This document shows, in pieces, positions 42,001 to 56,316 of a DNA stretch of 64,000 bases (position 1 is its first letter; the number at the start of each line of letters is the position of its first letter). Both the position numbers and the translations under genes were made by a program. Location: the NCBI RefSeq assembly GCF_001194135.2, contig NC_068990.1:3507176-3571175 (forward strand), in the 5' to 3' direction. The notes under the pieces are model-generated. The model saw only the letters and a list, made by a program, of their open reading frames with translations, had not been told where the DNA came from and searched no databases. Origin of the DNA: Octopus bimaculoides (taxonomy: Eukaryota).

Positions 42001-42812
42001 AATTTATCATTAAAATATCAAAGTTACACCTATCTTTTCATTTGCAGAAACATTTACAATTTATAAATGTGAATTTGATGCCTTTAAACTTTCCTAACCC
42101 ATTAATTCTCTCTATACTTACCATCTGGGAAGGTAGATGCTACTTTCCGATTATAGGGCCAATTGCGATAACATATTACTTTATATGGCAAGGACATCTT
42201 TGCACATGTAGCAGAGCAGCTACCATAATTAAAGTGTCTCTACTTTACCTACTGACTTCTTGTTATTTAGCTTCAGCCTCAGATTTTATCAAACAAATCT
42301 ATGAGCAAAGCCTCCCATCGACGACCACTGCATCGCTTCAGGTAATATATTCAACCAGACTATCTAAAATGTGTTTCACTTTTAAGAGAGTAAGGTGTTA
42401 TTTCAGAGACATGAGGTTGCTATATCTAACAGGTTCATTAAACATTAAGAAGATTCGTCATTGACACGTATCTAATATTTTAGTTTGATTAGGTGCACCA
42501 TAGAACAAAGTCTGCATTAAATGGAACAAAATACAATAGTAATTTATTTTACGTTTCTTTTCGCTGCTGTTCTTGCTTGAAAATTAATTGCATATTAATC
42601 ATATCAAATTTTATGCACTACCAGCTTGCAAAAGAACGAAATCAGTCAATGAAATAAGGAAATATAACAGAAAATTTAATGCTACAAAAATATTAGATGC
42701 ATTTCTAAACGAAAATGCCTTATAAACAGAGTTACGGAGAAATATAGTAGTTTCTGAGACATTTGCAGCAATAATATTCGCCTATAAATTTGACTGGTCT
42801 CAGTAATTGGGA

Positions 42813-43028
42813 TTCTTTTACTCTTTTACTTGTTTCAGTCATTTGACTGCGGCCATGCTGGAGCACCGCCTTTACTCGAGAAAATCAACCCCACGACTTA
42901 TTCTGTGTAAGCCTAGTACTTATTCTATCGAACACTTTTTCCCGAACTCCTAAGTTACGGGGATGTAAACACACCAGCATCGGTGGTCAAACGATGGGGC
43001 GGGCACAAACACAGACACACAAACATAC

Positions 43029-43122
<94 letters not shown>

Positions 43123-43284
43123 GTGTGTGTATACGACGGGCTTCTTTCAGTTACCGTCTACCAAATCCACTCACAAGGTTTTGTTCGGCCCGAGGATATA
43201 GTAGAAGACACTTACCCAAGGTGCCACGCAGTGGGACTGAACATGGAACGATGTGGTTGGTAAGCAAGCTACTTACCACCGCCT
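42813..43284 (-). mobile_element. SINE family B, near full length, with internal (TA)n(TG)n microsatellite
   Basis: Minus: GTGGTAAGTAGCTTGCTTACCAACCACATCG..GTTCAGTCCC..AGAAGCCCGTCGTATAC-(CA)n(TA)n(TG)-..GGCGGTGCTCCAGCATGGCCGCAGTCAAATGACTGAAACAAGTAAAAGAGTAAAAGA. Confidence 0.92.
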
Positions 43285-46200
43285 ATTGCTAAATTACTTA
43301 CGAGACCTTTCATATTTTACATACATTCCTCTCCATATCTAATGCATTCTCCACAATCTAATGCATTCAGTATTTTAAAATGTATTATAAGGAGGACATT
43401 AATAACACATCAATACATCCATCTTCACCCACTGTTCCGGGGAGGGTCGGAGGGATAATGTCCCCAGGGACCTACTCCGAACGGTCACATCAGAAGCAAC
43501 TGTCATTACATTATCCGGCTGGATATCCAAGGGTACCTAACTGAGACTATGGATAGTACCCAACCAACTTCCTTCAACGTGTCTTGAAATTATTTCCTGC
43601 GATATTCTAATCGCATGTCCGTATTACCGGGGTTCTGACCTTTCAATGAGAGGTCGACCTTGAGACACTTCCAGGTCCCCAGGCTATGCAAAAATATCAG
43701 TTTTTCAATTGCACCTGTTGGAATCCTTAAATACAAAGCTTGTCGTTTTGACTTAGAAACTTGCGTGCTACTTACAAATTAAAACAATAAAACAGTTCAT
43801 TTGTTGATGGAATTTTTTGTTATCATTTATAAGTACTCTATTTCCGCTGATGTCGATAAGCATCTGTTTTTTTAATCTTCATGTTTGCCTTCAGCATAAT
43901 ATTTTTCTTCTTATATATCGGAGTGTTTAAACGACTTTTTCTAAGTTTGTATTTTGTAATGAAAATTCATTTAATTCGTTTTGATCATCTTTTGGTTTCT
44001 AAAATTTGCTTGAGTTTACTTAAAACTTCCATGTTTTGTTTTTCGTGTCTCTCGAGCCACGCTTTGCGCTGACGTACTCTTACCAGGCATCACTATGAAA
44101 TTTTGAAAATATTTAAATGTAAGTCTTACCGTACTGTTGTTTTTTTTTGTGGGTGGGGAGAAGCGAAAAATAAATATTTCAATACCTCATTTGTGAAATT
44201 TAGATCAATAATCTTACCTAATTTGCCTAAATGCCCGACTGTAATCAAATTCTGAAGAAAAGATATCACATCTGACTTTAACATTCTAGAACATTATATT
44301 CATTGCACAATACAATTTTTATTGGCGGAATTTGACCAATTCTTTTCAAAGAAAATGAAATTTAATTGTACAAGAATATCTGCTAGGTTTTTCTAGCGGC
44401 TCTCCACATGTTAAACAGCGAGAGGACATAATAACATTCTCAATACAATAATTTCATAAGTTTAGACTATAGAAGGCTTATTAAACCAATTTAGTGCATT
44501 TTTGTAGAAATCTGTTTACTTAGTAATTGGTTCGTGTACTTAAAAATCTGACTCAAACTCGATATTTGAAGACTTGGGTTTGTGTTCCGGTTGACCTCAC
44601 ATTGCGCGCGAAGTCGTCAGTGTGGCAAGTAGGGTTAGTATGCCACCCTATTTACGCTTTTTCGTTATATTGTGGGTAGATTTATTGATGACCATATTGA
44701 ATTGGTGGGAATTTTTTTCTTATTATATAAAACTCTTGATGAAAATAAGTCCTTTTTTTAGTGAAAATTAACAATGAAATTTTAACTTTATATTTCATAA
44801 GGATTATCTGATCTATCCCCATCAAATTTTGTATCAAAATAAAGAAAAAAAAAACGTTCCTCTTTATGACAGTATGATATTTAACACAACTCGAGTTATA
44901 GCGCTTGAGCGCATTGTACTAGAACGAGGGCTGCCGTTCAGTAGGCAAAAGAAATTTTAAAAAGGCAAACTTTGTAAATGCGTGGAAATACTAGGGTGTT
45001 TATGGGACCCCGACATGATATAAAATTGTCAGATTTTAATTAAAATAATATGAGAAGAATGTTCATATCCAGAGCTTTTAAACAACATGTAATTTTCTTC
45101 ATAAAATATTTATTTTGACACGAAAAAGATGACGCAAAAAGTGTGGTTTTGCGTTTTCTAACTGTGCTTGTCTCCATTGTATGTATTCTGTAAGTATACG
45201 TACTGCTACTTCACACTCATACTTAATGATTAGCGACAATTAATCGCTTCAGTACAGCAGATCATTACTATCAGAGATGTTATCTCTCATATTTATTGAC
45301 ATCTTTTTATCAGAATAGCGTTTACTTTACTTACAAACAAGATTTATTTTATAGTAAACGTATAAATGAAAATCCCTCTTTCATGTCTTAATTAATCGTA
45401 TTCTTCTGATATCTTAAAACATTTTACAAGTTTTAATTTTGAATTATTAATGAGTGCATTCTTCTTCGTAATTTTATCTGTTTTCCTTTGTCATTCACAT
45501 CTTGGAACTATAGGTTTTCTTTCCTAAAGATGCTGCACGAATTTACGTATTTATTGTTTAATATCACAATATGTGATCAATAGCTTCACTGCTTACAGGT
45601 CTTCAAACTGGCTCATCAACGGTTCAAAATCTTTCTCTCGGTCAGGATGACAAGGAAACGTCGGCAACAAAGTGAAAGGACCTTCGTTCGAAGGAGATCA
45701 GTTTTTCTCCGACATTTATGTCCTTCGCCGAATTACACATATATGAGTGTGTATTACTATTGTTAGATTCTACCTATAGTTATATATAATTATTAATTAT
45801 AAAATTGCAGGATCGGTCTGTACTGATTAAATTGGAGGGTCAGTCTATACACTAACGAGGAAAACGTAAACGGTTTCTTCTATGAAGTAGTTTTAATTTG
45901 TTTGGTATCATTTTATATATATATATCTGCGTGTGTGTGTGTGTGTGTGCGTGTGTGTGTGTGTGTGTATGTGTGTGTGTGTGCGTGTATGTGCGTGTGT
46001 GTGCGTATCTATGAGTGTGTGTGTGCTTGTGTGGATAAATAGTGAGAGATGTACTGCGTACGCATATACGCGCATATATACGTATGCGCTACATACACAC
46101 ACATACACACACACACACACATAAATAGACATGTATGTATATAAATACACTCACATAAAACACAGCTACATATATGCATACATACAGTGCATACTCGTGT

Positions 46201-46805
46201 TTGAAAGCACACATTTCATCCTATAACATGTATTTTCACTAAGAGGTGAAATAAGAAGTTCATAATTAATTGAAATAATTATAGCTACGACTACGATGTG
46301 TATGTGAATACAACTGAAGAGAATGAGCGAATCTCAAGTAGATATTACGTTACAATTATGTATATATTACCACCAATTAGGAGCATAATATACTGTTTCA
46401 ATACGTAGGCATACAAATCTTAACAACGCATCAATGTATTTCGAGCAGAAAAAGTCGATGGAGTACGACTCGATAAGAATAGATAGGTATGTTCTTTAAA
46501 TAGATTGAGGCCATGAATTATCAATTAAATGGAAATTGGAGATAGCAAATATGATAAGGGTAAGAATAATCAGGTCTTTTTGAGATATGGTGAAGATAAA
46601 TGGTATATTTAACCTTCGCAGCAAAACATATTAAGTTGCTTGATATGCATTATAAAATATGAGAAAAAATAAATACATATACAGAGTAAATGCATATAAA
46701 CCAGTGGTAATTAACTGAGGGGTAATACTTATGACTTGAAGATGTTCACAAAACTTTGTTGTCCTAATCTACTAATTTATTCCTCACAATTTTTCGTGTA
46801 CTGAA

Positions 46806-47025
46806 AGGCGCCGAGCTGGCGGAATAGCTACAGTACCGGACAAAATCCTTAGCGGCATATTTTTTTTATTAACTTTATGTTCTGAGTTCAAATTCAGCCT
46901 AGGTCGCCTTTGCTTTTCATATTTCGGTAAAATAAGAAGCAGTATTTGAGCTCCGTTGTCGATGTAATAGTCTATCCACTCCGCTAAAATTTCCAGCCTT
47001 GTACCAATAGTAGAATGGATTGTTT
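46806..47025 (+). mobile_element. SINE family A, near full length
   Basis: GGCGCCGAGCTGGCGGAATAGCTAC (A-box-like) .. GAGTTCAAATTC (B-box-like) .. GTCGATGTAATAG .. CAGCCTTGTACCAA. Confidence 0.85.
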
Positions 47026-47437
47026 TATGTACTGAACCAAGGTTTAATAACCTAAACATAATACTCCATACCATCCTAAGTCATCTTAATACTGGTGGGC
47101 GTATTACTTGAAACCGGATAAAATTTTATTTAGGATGAAAAATGGAATTATTGTGCAAGAAACAAATATATCATCTCTGCCGGATTATATTTCCGACGAA
47201 TAGTCATTCGTGTTCTCAAGAACAGTTAATTGTGTTTTACTTGAGAAATTTTATTGTTCAAGTGATGCGTCAAGTAACTTATAGCATTTGTAACATCTAT
47301 TTCGCACACTTCATACATTCGTTCAATACAGTTCAACGTTTACATAGACACACACACAAACATATACAAACACATTACACAAACACATACACATACACGC
47401 ACACACATATTTATAGATAGTTAGATAGCTAGATAGA

Positions 47438-47483
<46 letters not shown>

Positions 47484-47489
47484 TATAGA

Positions 47490-47551
<62 letters not shown>

Positions 47552-48920
47552 TACAGACAGACAGGTAGGTAGGTAGGTAGGTAGGTAGGTAGGTAGGCAG
47601 ACACTCAGAAGGACAGTCAGAGAGACAGATAGACGGACAGGCAGACATGGAAATATACCTTCGTATACACGAAACGATTTGGTCCCACTTTGTATTTCTT
47701 TCTCCATTCAATACATACATTATGTTTATAACTTACATTCTGTCCAATAACTCGTTGGATTACGTCACAAACAGGTGATATTCTCTATATAGATATACTT
47801 ATGGATTTGCGATTCAAATTGCCAGAGAAATTGCAGAGAATTTCCGAGAGATTTAAAGAATTTCTTTTATATCTTTATTCACATTTGGAGGGAGGATGAG
47901 AAATACTTCTCTTTACTGAGCAAGATGAAATGTCATATACGCTATTCACGTTATTTGATGGAAGTTTAGCCAAGTGCAAGCAGCACGTCACGAACTTGTA
48001 ATCATAGCTAATCCCGAAAATTTCTGCTTATGTAATTTGCTTAAAATATTTTGGAATTTTTCCAGTTGAATATATTTAGGTATCACTTCGGTTTATATAA
48101 CTATCCCATCAGTTCTTTTCATCCCATTCCACATAGTGATTATGACATTTATTTTGCTCCATGATTCAAAGGAAAACACAACCTGTTAAACGGACGATTG
48201 CTAATCATTTTCTATCGAGTCCCTTCTATTTCTGTGTACAGCCGTTCTTTACCATTTTGAGATATTCTGTTATTTGAATCCATTTGCGAAAGCTCCTTAT
48301 GATATATAGAGTTTATATGGATGTTTCATTTCACTACATCCTTTATTTTCCTTACAATATCTACCTTTTTTATGCTGACACATTCTCATTTCTTTTTCTC
48401 TGGAAAAAATCATTCAGTATAGCGAGTTCTTATGTAAAAGCTACAATTTCCCTTTGCCTTAGGAATTTAGCGGTAGTTTCTCTCGTTTCTGACATTTATT
48501 TTGTAATGGTCGCACTCTATATATATTGTTTAATTCAGTTGATAAATAAATGCCAATGGCTACTTTACGATTCTTCCTAATTTTGTGTATATGTGTGTGT
48601 ATGTGTGCGTGTGTATGTGCATGTGTGTGTGCGTATGTGTGCGCGTGTTTGTGAGTCTGTGTGTGAATTTACCTCTGTTAAGTCATATATATCTGACAAT
48701 GATGTCAATGATTACTCAATAACTTTAAGTGGAGCTTATTAACCTTTGCAAAGAAAATTTTGACAGTGACTTCCAAGTCTTTGCCTGTTCATCTTCATCG
48801 GACAGCCGAATCATCGAAGTCATTGTCATCTTACTACAGTACGATTAGTGAGTATATATATATATAAGTTGAGAGAGAGAGAGAAGTATTTGTAAATGTA
48901 TATGTATATCTATCTACCTA

Positions 48921-48952
<32 letters not shown>

Positions 48953-49052
48953 CATATACATATGTATATATGCATTTATTTATATATGGATGATACGCGC
49001 GCACCTGTGTGAATACGTTTATATATGCATATACATTCTTCATACTACATAC

Positions 49053-49097
<45 letters not shown>

Positions 49098-49602
49098 GAT
49101 TCATCAATGAACAAAGTTTAAATTGATTGGATGAAATATTCTTATTCTTGCTGTCATTATTTGCTTATTAAATTATCGAATTCAGTTTGATCAAATGTAG
49201 TTATAATATGCTGCTTTTACTTCTTTTAAACAAACTCTTAAGAACATTTGCGACGTCTTTCTGAAGGAATATAATGACATTACTTGACTTCTGTCTATAC
49301 TTCTGAGTACGCTATTATTAAATATATCTACCAACAATTTTGTATTAATAATCTTCCATATTATTCTCTTGACTAACCAATGTTATTTCGTGGCGGAAAA
49401 TATATGAATATTTTCATATTTCGCTGATGTGATGAGCGACAGCATAACATTCACCGAAACTCTGAAAAGCGACGGCTTACTCGTGAACAACTTAAAAGAT
49501 GTTTCTAGTATATCTGAGCATTCTGAAGCTGTATCAGTGGTCATTGAGGAGAGAGAAATAGTGGAAAACGACATTATTAGTAAATGTCAGTGTTACCTTA
49601 CA

Positions 49603-49818
49603 ACTGTTGTTCAGATTTTGGCACAAGGCCAGCTATTTTGGGGGCGAGATAAGTCGATTACATCGACCCCAGTCCTCAACTGGTACTCATTTTATCGACT
49701 CCGAAAGGGTGAAAGGCAAAATATACCTCGGCGGAATATGACATCGGAACGTAATGACAGACGAAATGCCACAAAACATTTTGCCCGGCGTGTTAACAAT
49801 TCTACCAGCTTGCCACCT
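49603..49818 (-). mobile_element. SINE family A, near full length
   Basis: Minus: GGTGGCAAGCTGGTAGAATTGTTAACACGCCGGGCAAAATG..TTCCGCCGAGG..TTTGCCTTTCA..GGGGTCGATGTAATCGAC..CTGGCCTTGTGCCAAA. Confidence 0.9.
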
Positions 49819-50444
49819 GAGATGGGAGTAATATTACAACAGGTAACTGAAGCAGAAGCGTTGCCTTCTTTAGAATGGGACACCCTGAGATGTGGTTCAA
49901 TATTTTGGGTATACCTCCGGAGAGTAGATTGTTTAGTAAATGTAAAAACTTATGTAATTCTTTATATAGATTAGCTTTCAATCCCGACATTCTGGTTATA
50001 TCTACCTCCATTTTTTCTTGGGGGGGTATTCTCCATTCTTCTTAGAGATATATGATAGTTCCTTGGAAAGAACTGTTCGATTAGAAAGTACGCTATTTAC
50101 CCTTAATACTTAACATTTATATCCTGCCTATTAACTCTTATTTTCCTAGAATTGGTATATCCCAATGTATGATTGCTTTGGAATTTTTTGACGACATGTT
50201 TTGGTGTGCGTTTCTGCCACATAGTTTCCGCTGGATTTTCATAATATTTCTGAAGTTACGCATTCTGCTTCATTATGAGCTTTTTAATAGCCCCTTTTTT
50301 AGGAAAGCTTTGACGACTCCACTTTTCAAGTAGTGTGGCAATTTTCTGTTTATGTTACATCGTCTATTTTTTTTTCTCCAAGTATTGAGATCGATCATAC
50401 ATAATTACAATACATAATTACAATACATAATTATTGAATCTTGG

Positions 50445-50535
50445 CACTGCTGGCGAAATGCTTAGCGACATTTTGTCCATCTTCACGTTCAGAGTTCAAA
50501 TTCCATCAAGGTTGACTTTGCCTTTCATCTATAAA
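50445..50535 (+). mobile_element. SINE family A, 5' fragment
   Basis: GGCGAAATGCTTAGCGACATTTTG..GAGTTCAAATTCC..GGTTGACTTTGCCTTTCATC. Confidence 0.8.
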
Positions 50536-50561
50536 GTAAAAGATTCTTCTTCTTCTTCTTC

Positions 50562-50616
<55 letters not shown>

Positions 50617-51274
50617 TACTACTACAATAACCTAATGAAATATTTGAATAATGTTCCTTCTGCAACAGAGGCAGCACAGGGGAGAAAAGATAAGACCCAG
50701 GCCAACAGAGAGTTTGGTTACGTTTTAATCTCCTGTTAAGCCACAACATTCATTTTGATAAAATTCTTTTAATACAGAACGATATCACATTTTCTCTTAT
50801 ATCCTTTACATAAAAATATTGAATGTATATGCGTGTATGTGCGCACCAATATGTTCTTGTGTGTAAGTGTATATATGCGTGAAATGTATGCAGAATATTT
50901 CTCTTAAAACTTGTTTTCTGATTGTATGAGATACTAAAAATTCTTCGGTTAGAAGATTAATATATTTCTATTATCGAAATAAAGAATTATTCATATTTTC
51001 TCATCATTTTTACGTATAAAACACGCATAGGAATATTACAGAAATCATTCACAGCTAACATTTTTGGAATTTTCTCTAATATTGTGTTCTTTTTTTTTCT
51101 TTGCTTTTGTAAAATAAGAAAGTCATAGAAAATATGCATTTCAATTTTCATACAAAATTATTGCTGTAATAAATAAAAGCATTAAATGCAGTTTTAGATT
51201 TCTCCAATCTTAGACTGTTATCAACACAAAGTGGAATTCAGCGATTCAACGAAGTATGACTGCACACACGTACA

Positions 51275-51318
<44 letters not shown>

Positions 51319-51950
51319 CATTTATGCATGTCCATACATATTTGTGTGTGTAGCATACGTGTGTATATGCATATATGTATGTATATATATATATATANNN
51401 NNNNNNNNNNNNNNNNNNNNNNNNNNNNNNNNNNNNNNNNNNNNNNNNNNNNNNNNNNNNNNNNNNNNNNNNNNNNNNNNNNNNNNNNNNNNNNNNNNNN
51501 NNNNNNNNNNNNNNNNNNNNNNNNNNNNNNNNNNNNNNNNNNNNNNNNNNNNNNNNNNNNNNNNNNNNNNNNNNNNNNNNNNNNNNNNNNNNNNNNNNNN
51601 NNNNNNNNNNNNNNNNNNNNNNNNNNNNNNNNNNNNNNNNNNNNNNNNNNNNNNNNNNNNNNNNNNNNNNNNNNNNNNNNNNNNNNNNNNNNNNNNNNNN
51701 NNNNNNNNNNNNNNNNNNNNNNNNNNNNNNNNNNNNNNNNNNNNNNNNNNNNNNNNNNNNNNNNNNNNNNNNNNNNNNNNNNNNNNNNNNNNNNNNNNNN
51801 NNNNNNNNNNNNNNNNNNNNNNNNNNNNNNNNNNNNNNNNNNNNNNNNNNNNNNNNNNNNNNNNNNNNNNNNNNNNNNNNNNNNNNNNNNNNNNNNNNNN
51901 NNNNNNNNNNNNNNNNNNNNNNNNNNNNNNNNNNNNNNNNNNNNNNNNNN

Positions 51951-52265
51951 GTGTATAAGAGAATTTGACATCGCTGCCCTAAGCTGCGTCTCATTACGAG
52001 CCATTGGTTCATCTGGTATCGTGGAGAGGAAAGTGGCAAGTTTTGTCTTGAAGACCTCCGCATCCATGTCTTGCATGTCTCTCAAATGTTTTGGCAGGGC
52101 ATTGAAGAGCTGAGGTCCTCTGAAACCGAGGCTGCTGCAGTATCTCGTTCTCATGTGAGATGCAGTGGACGGTACCTTTGGCATCATGCAGTGGCGACCC
52201 GTGCGGGCATTCCTGTAGTACTTGATGCCAAAGTTTGGCACCAGTCCTTCCAGTATTTTCCATAT
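51951..52265 (-). mobile_element. CR1/L2-group LINE ORF2 C-terminus, copy C (best preserved; tail lost in gap)
   Basis: Open frame YIWKILEGLVPNFGIKYYRNARTGRHC..CSSLGFRGPQLFNALPKHLRD..VFKTKLATFLSTIPDEP..RAAMSNSLIH. Confidence 0.9.
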
Positions 52266-52551
52266 GTATATTATATATATATATACATATTTATATATGT
52301 ATGTATATTTATACATGTATGTATGTGTACAAATACACATGCATTTATATCTATCTAGTTATCTCCCGAGAGAGAGAGAAAGAGAGGGAGAAAGCGATAG
52401 GTAGATGAAAATGCATATGTAGTTGTACGCATATTCAGAGATGTATAAATATACATACATATATAAATATGTATATATATATAAATATATATATACGCGT
52501 ATACATATAAATATGTATACATATATAATCAGCTATGGCTAATTATGCGTG

Positions 52552-52605
<54 letters not shown>

Positions 52606-53044
52606 TGTGTGTGTGTGTGTGTGTGTGTGTTGTGTGTTTATTAAGGCATTTATACGTAAGATAGATAGGTAGATAAATAAATAGATAGATAGATAGATAG
52701 ATAGACAGATAATACAAGTGTATATATGTACGTGTACACGTCTGTGTTTAAACGTATGGCTATCTTGTAAGTGTCTATATGTAGTTCCTGGCGTTGGTCT
52801 GTGGTTTTGCGTGCGTATGTTAAATTTATTGGGAACTTCAAAATCCTCTACTCATTACTGCAATAATTTCTTTTCCTATCCTCGAACGAAAGCGATGATT
52901 AGAACAAAAAAAATTGCTGTAAATAATAACAATTAATCTGATAGTTTTATTAATTTGTGTATTGACAATAATTGGTAGACTTGAAGCGGTGATGCCTATC
53001 TCAGAAGCAGATAATCCAAGTACCAATGATTAGTGTTATTCAGT

Positions 53045-53373
53045 AAAAAAAAAAAAAACTGATAAACGTCGCACTTTCAAACCCTAGCCAGGCTCATGGA
53101 CCCGGTTTCCCGGTTTCTATCGTGTATGTGTTCACCCCACCCAGCTTGACGGGACGCCAGTCCATCGCAGCGTTACCCAAGAAACAGGAAGAAAGTGTGA
53201 GAGAGAGATGGGGCGAAAGAGTACAACAGGTTTCGCCACCACCCCCTGCCGGAGCCTCGTGGAGCTTAGGTGTTTCGCTCAATAAACACACACAACGCCC
53301 GGTCTGGGAATCGAAACCGCGTCCCTCCGACCGCGAGTCCGCTGCCCTAACCACTGGGCCATTGTGCCTCCAC
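53045..53373 (-). mobile_element. Full-length tRNA-derived SINE family C (V-domain-like) with 14-bp target-site duplication
   Basis: A box TGGCCCAGTGG, B box GGTTTCGATTCC, GCTGCGATGGACTGGCGTCCCGTC; direct repeat TAGTGTTATTCAGT at 53031-53044 and 53374-53387. Confidence 0.93.
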
Positions 53374-54586
53374 TAGTGTTATTCAGTGCTAAGCAATATT
53401 TCTTGTTACTGTTGCCTTCGTCGACTCTTTCGTAAATTGTTCTCAACCAAGTATCCTGTTCGAAGCTGTGACTTTGAGTTTTCTCAACGTCATACAGAAA
53501 ATCTCATTTCCTTAGATCTAATAGCAGACTTGCCAATTTCAGACCCTTCAAGGTAATCTCTATTCTGTTATTGAAATCCACCATATTTTCGTTGTTTTTT
53601 CTTTATGCTACGTATTGTAGCAGTTCTTTATTTTTTTCTTCTCTCTAACACAAACTTTGGGGCGGATGCAATCTGTTGTTGTGAGTGGTACTGGTGTTCT
53701 GCTGTTCTGCTTCCCGTTGGTCTTATGTGCTTGTCTGCTGGGTTTTCCCTTGTGTCTTCGTTATTGTTTCCTTTGTATCGTCTTCTCATTGCAGTTAATG
53801 GCGGAAGTGTCACGTCAGTGGCAGTATTCTTGTTGTGGTAGTGTGATTCGTACTGTTTTGGCTCGATGTGCAGTTGGTGCTTCTTGCGTATTTTTCCGTC
53901 TTTATTTGTTTCACTTCTTTCTTTTCTTCTTCCGTCCTACCTCATCTTTACAGGTATAAACAGACTTTTCCTCCGATAAGGGTCAGGGTATATTTACTCG
54001 TATGTGTACGTTTGAGCGGATGGAAAAGGGTTTGCGACGGTGAGTGCTGGGTATAGCACTTTGGTAGCGTTAATTTTCTTATAATCATTATCTTCGCCTT
54101 CTCAATGCTATTTCGGCTGCGAAATGGATGTCGACGCTGCTTGCTTTATTACTTTTACTATTTCTGCTGTGGTAGCATGTGTTGTCATTGCTGTTGTTGC
54201 TGTTGCTTCTGTTGATGATGGTCTAGATGCTGTAATTATACCTTCTCGTTCTCCAGTTGCTACTTTTGCTACTGCTTCTGTTGCTCACAATGCTGTTGGA
54301 CTTTTTTCTGTTGCGTGTTGCATGAGCAGAAAGCTGTGATATGTCTTCTGCCCTCTACACCCTAACAGTTCCGCCCCATTCAGTGGAGAAATGAAGCCTG
54401 ATTCTTCCCATAGGCTTCCAGCAATTCGAAGCAATGGGCTGCTGACGCCCCACCACTATCATCACCACCACTATCACCACAAAACAAAAGCATCAACAAC
54501 AACAACAACAATGGAAACAATAATAACAATAATTATAACAATAATAATAGTTTAAAAGGATTGACGTAACTCTTTACAAAGATTAA

Positions 54587-56316
54587 TAGACAATAAGAAG
54601 AGTGCGATGCGATTGCAATAGACATTTTATTGGTTGAGCAATATCGCGACTGCTTGTCTTTGTCGATTTGAAAATGAAAAGTGATGCATAAAAATTCAAA
54701 ATTATAAAAATTCAACCAGAATTCCCACGTTCATGGAATGACATCACCAGTCTTCAATTTTCAAGTTTACAAATAGCAAAAAGAAAGAATAAAATGAGAA
54801 AAATTGAAAAGAAAAGCAAAAAAGAAAAAAGAAGAATATTTAGTCAAACAGTTTTGTGTAAATATGTTGAAATTCTCCTGTCATTTTATTCATTCTTCCA
54901 GGGCGTGATGTTAGTAACTCGCAAACATATTTCTTCTCATGCATTTTCTGAGAATATGCACTTTCAAGTCTTTTATAAAATTGCAGCAGTTTGATGAAAA
55001 ATGTTCGGCAAGTTTTGTCGAATTACTGTTATTGTGCTTAACGTCATATCTGTACCGATTAAATCTTTTGTTTAATTTTTCTATCGTACAACCAACATAA
55101 ATGAAGTTGTTTTTCGTGCATTCTACTTCGTACACCAAATGGAAATCTCTGCACATCCCACCTAATGTGTAAATCATAACATTTTTGTTATGATTCCTGA
55201 TGGTATTCACTTGACTCGTGTTGTTATACAATGAACAGGGCTTACCTCTTGCGGTTGTTTTTCTAGGTACAGCGTCCCGAAACTCCAATGTTATTTCTTT
55301 TTTTTTTTTTTTTCGAGTCAGAAGTAGAGGTTGATAGTTCTGATATCTTTATTCCGTCTAAAGTCTACAATAGGTGGCTGAGGAAATATTTGTTAGAAAC
55401 GAGGATATGTTTCCGCAACATGCTGGTAACTTTCATGTATCTCTTTTGAAATGCCATCGAAATTTCGGTGCCAGTTAATCACTAAAGGAATTCTGTCACA
55501 TACTGTACTTTGTTTGCTAAAATTATGCGTGAAACTTTGAGTTTCTTTGCTAATCTTAGCCATGTCATTTGCTATTTCTTTTAATCATGATTCACTGTAA
55601 CTGCGTTTGACATAATGTTGTACAAAAGTATTTGCATGTTTCCAGTAATCCTCTATGCCAGTACAAATCCGTTTTATCCTCCAAAATTGGGATTTCGGAT
55701 TTGACCGAATTACATGACGTAGGTAATCGAAACGACGGTCGAGGTATATGTGGAATAATGTGGGCGTATAAAATTACTTCATCACTATTCTACCTCCAGA
55801 AATCTTAACTTTTGCGTCAAAAAATCCAACGCTATACTTTGAAAAACTAGACGTAAATTTTATGTTGGTCTTAAAGACATAGTTGTTAGCACAACAGTCA
55901 CAGAAATGCAAGAGGTCAAATAAACTATCCTGTGATCCTTCCCAGACAAAAAAGATGCCATCAATGAACCGTAACCAGAATATTGGTTCATGAACATGTG
56001 GGTATTTGAATTAAAGGAAAGAGCAAATGACATAGCAATGATTAGCAAAGGAAGCCGAACTTCTTGTTACATTTTTTTTTCATTTTTTCTCTTTTTGTCT
56101 TTTTGCCATTTGTAAACTTGAAAATGGAAGATTGATGATGTCATTCCATCAACGTGAGGACGATGGTTACCCTCGTTCATATTTTGAATTTGAATTTCTA
56201 TAATTTTAAATTTTTATTTATCACTATTTCGAACTCGACAAAGATAGGTTAGCTGTCGAAGTATCGTTCAACCAATAAAATATCTATTGCAATCGAAACG
56301 TCCTCTTCGTATTGTC

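Noticed and set aside
49429-49974. 181-aa plus-strand ORF, the longest gap-free non-repeat-looking ORF
   Set aside because: About 215 nt of it is the antisense of a SINE family A copy (49603-49818); no recognisable domain
53600-54400. Several overlapping ORFs in a strand-biased, low-complexity block
   Set aside because: Compositional bias explains the open frames; may be a LINE 5' region, but no motif supports a call
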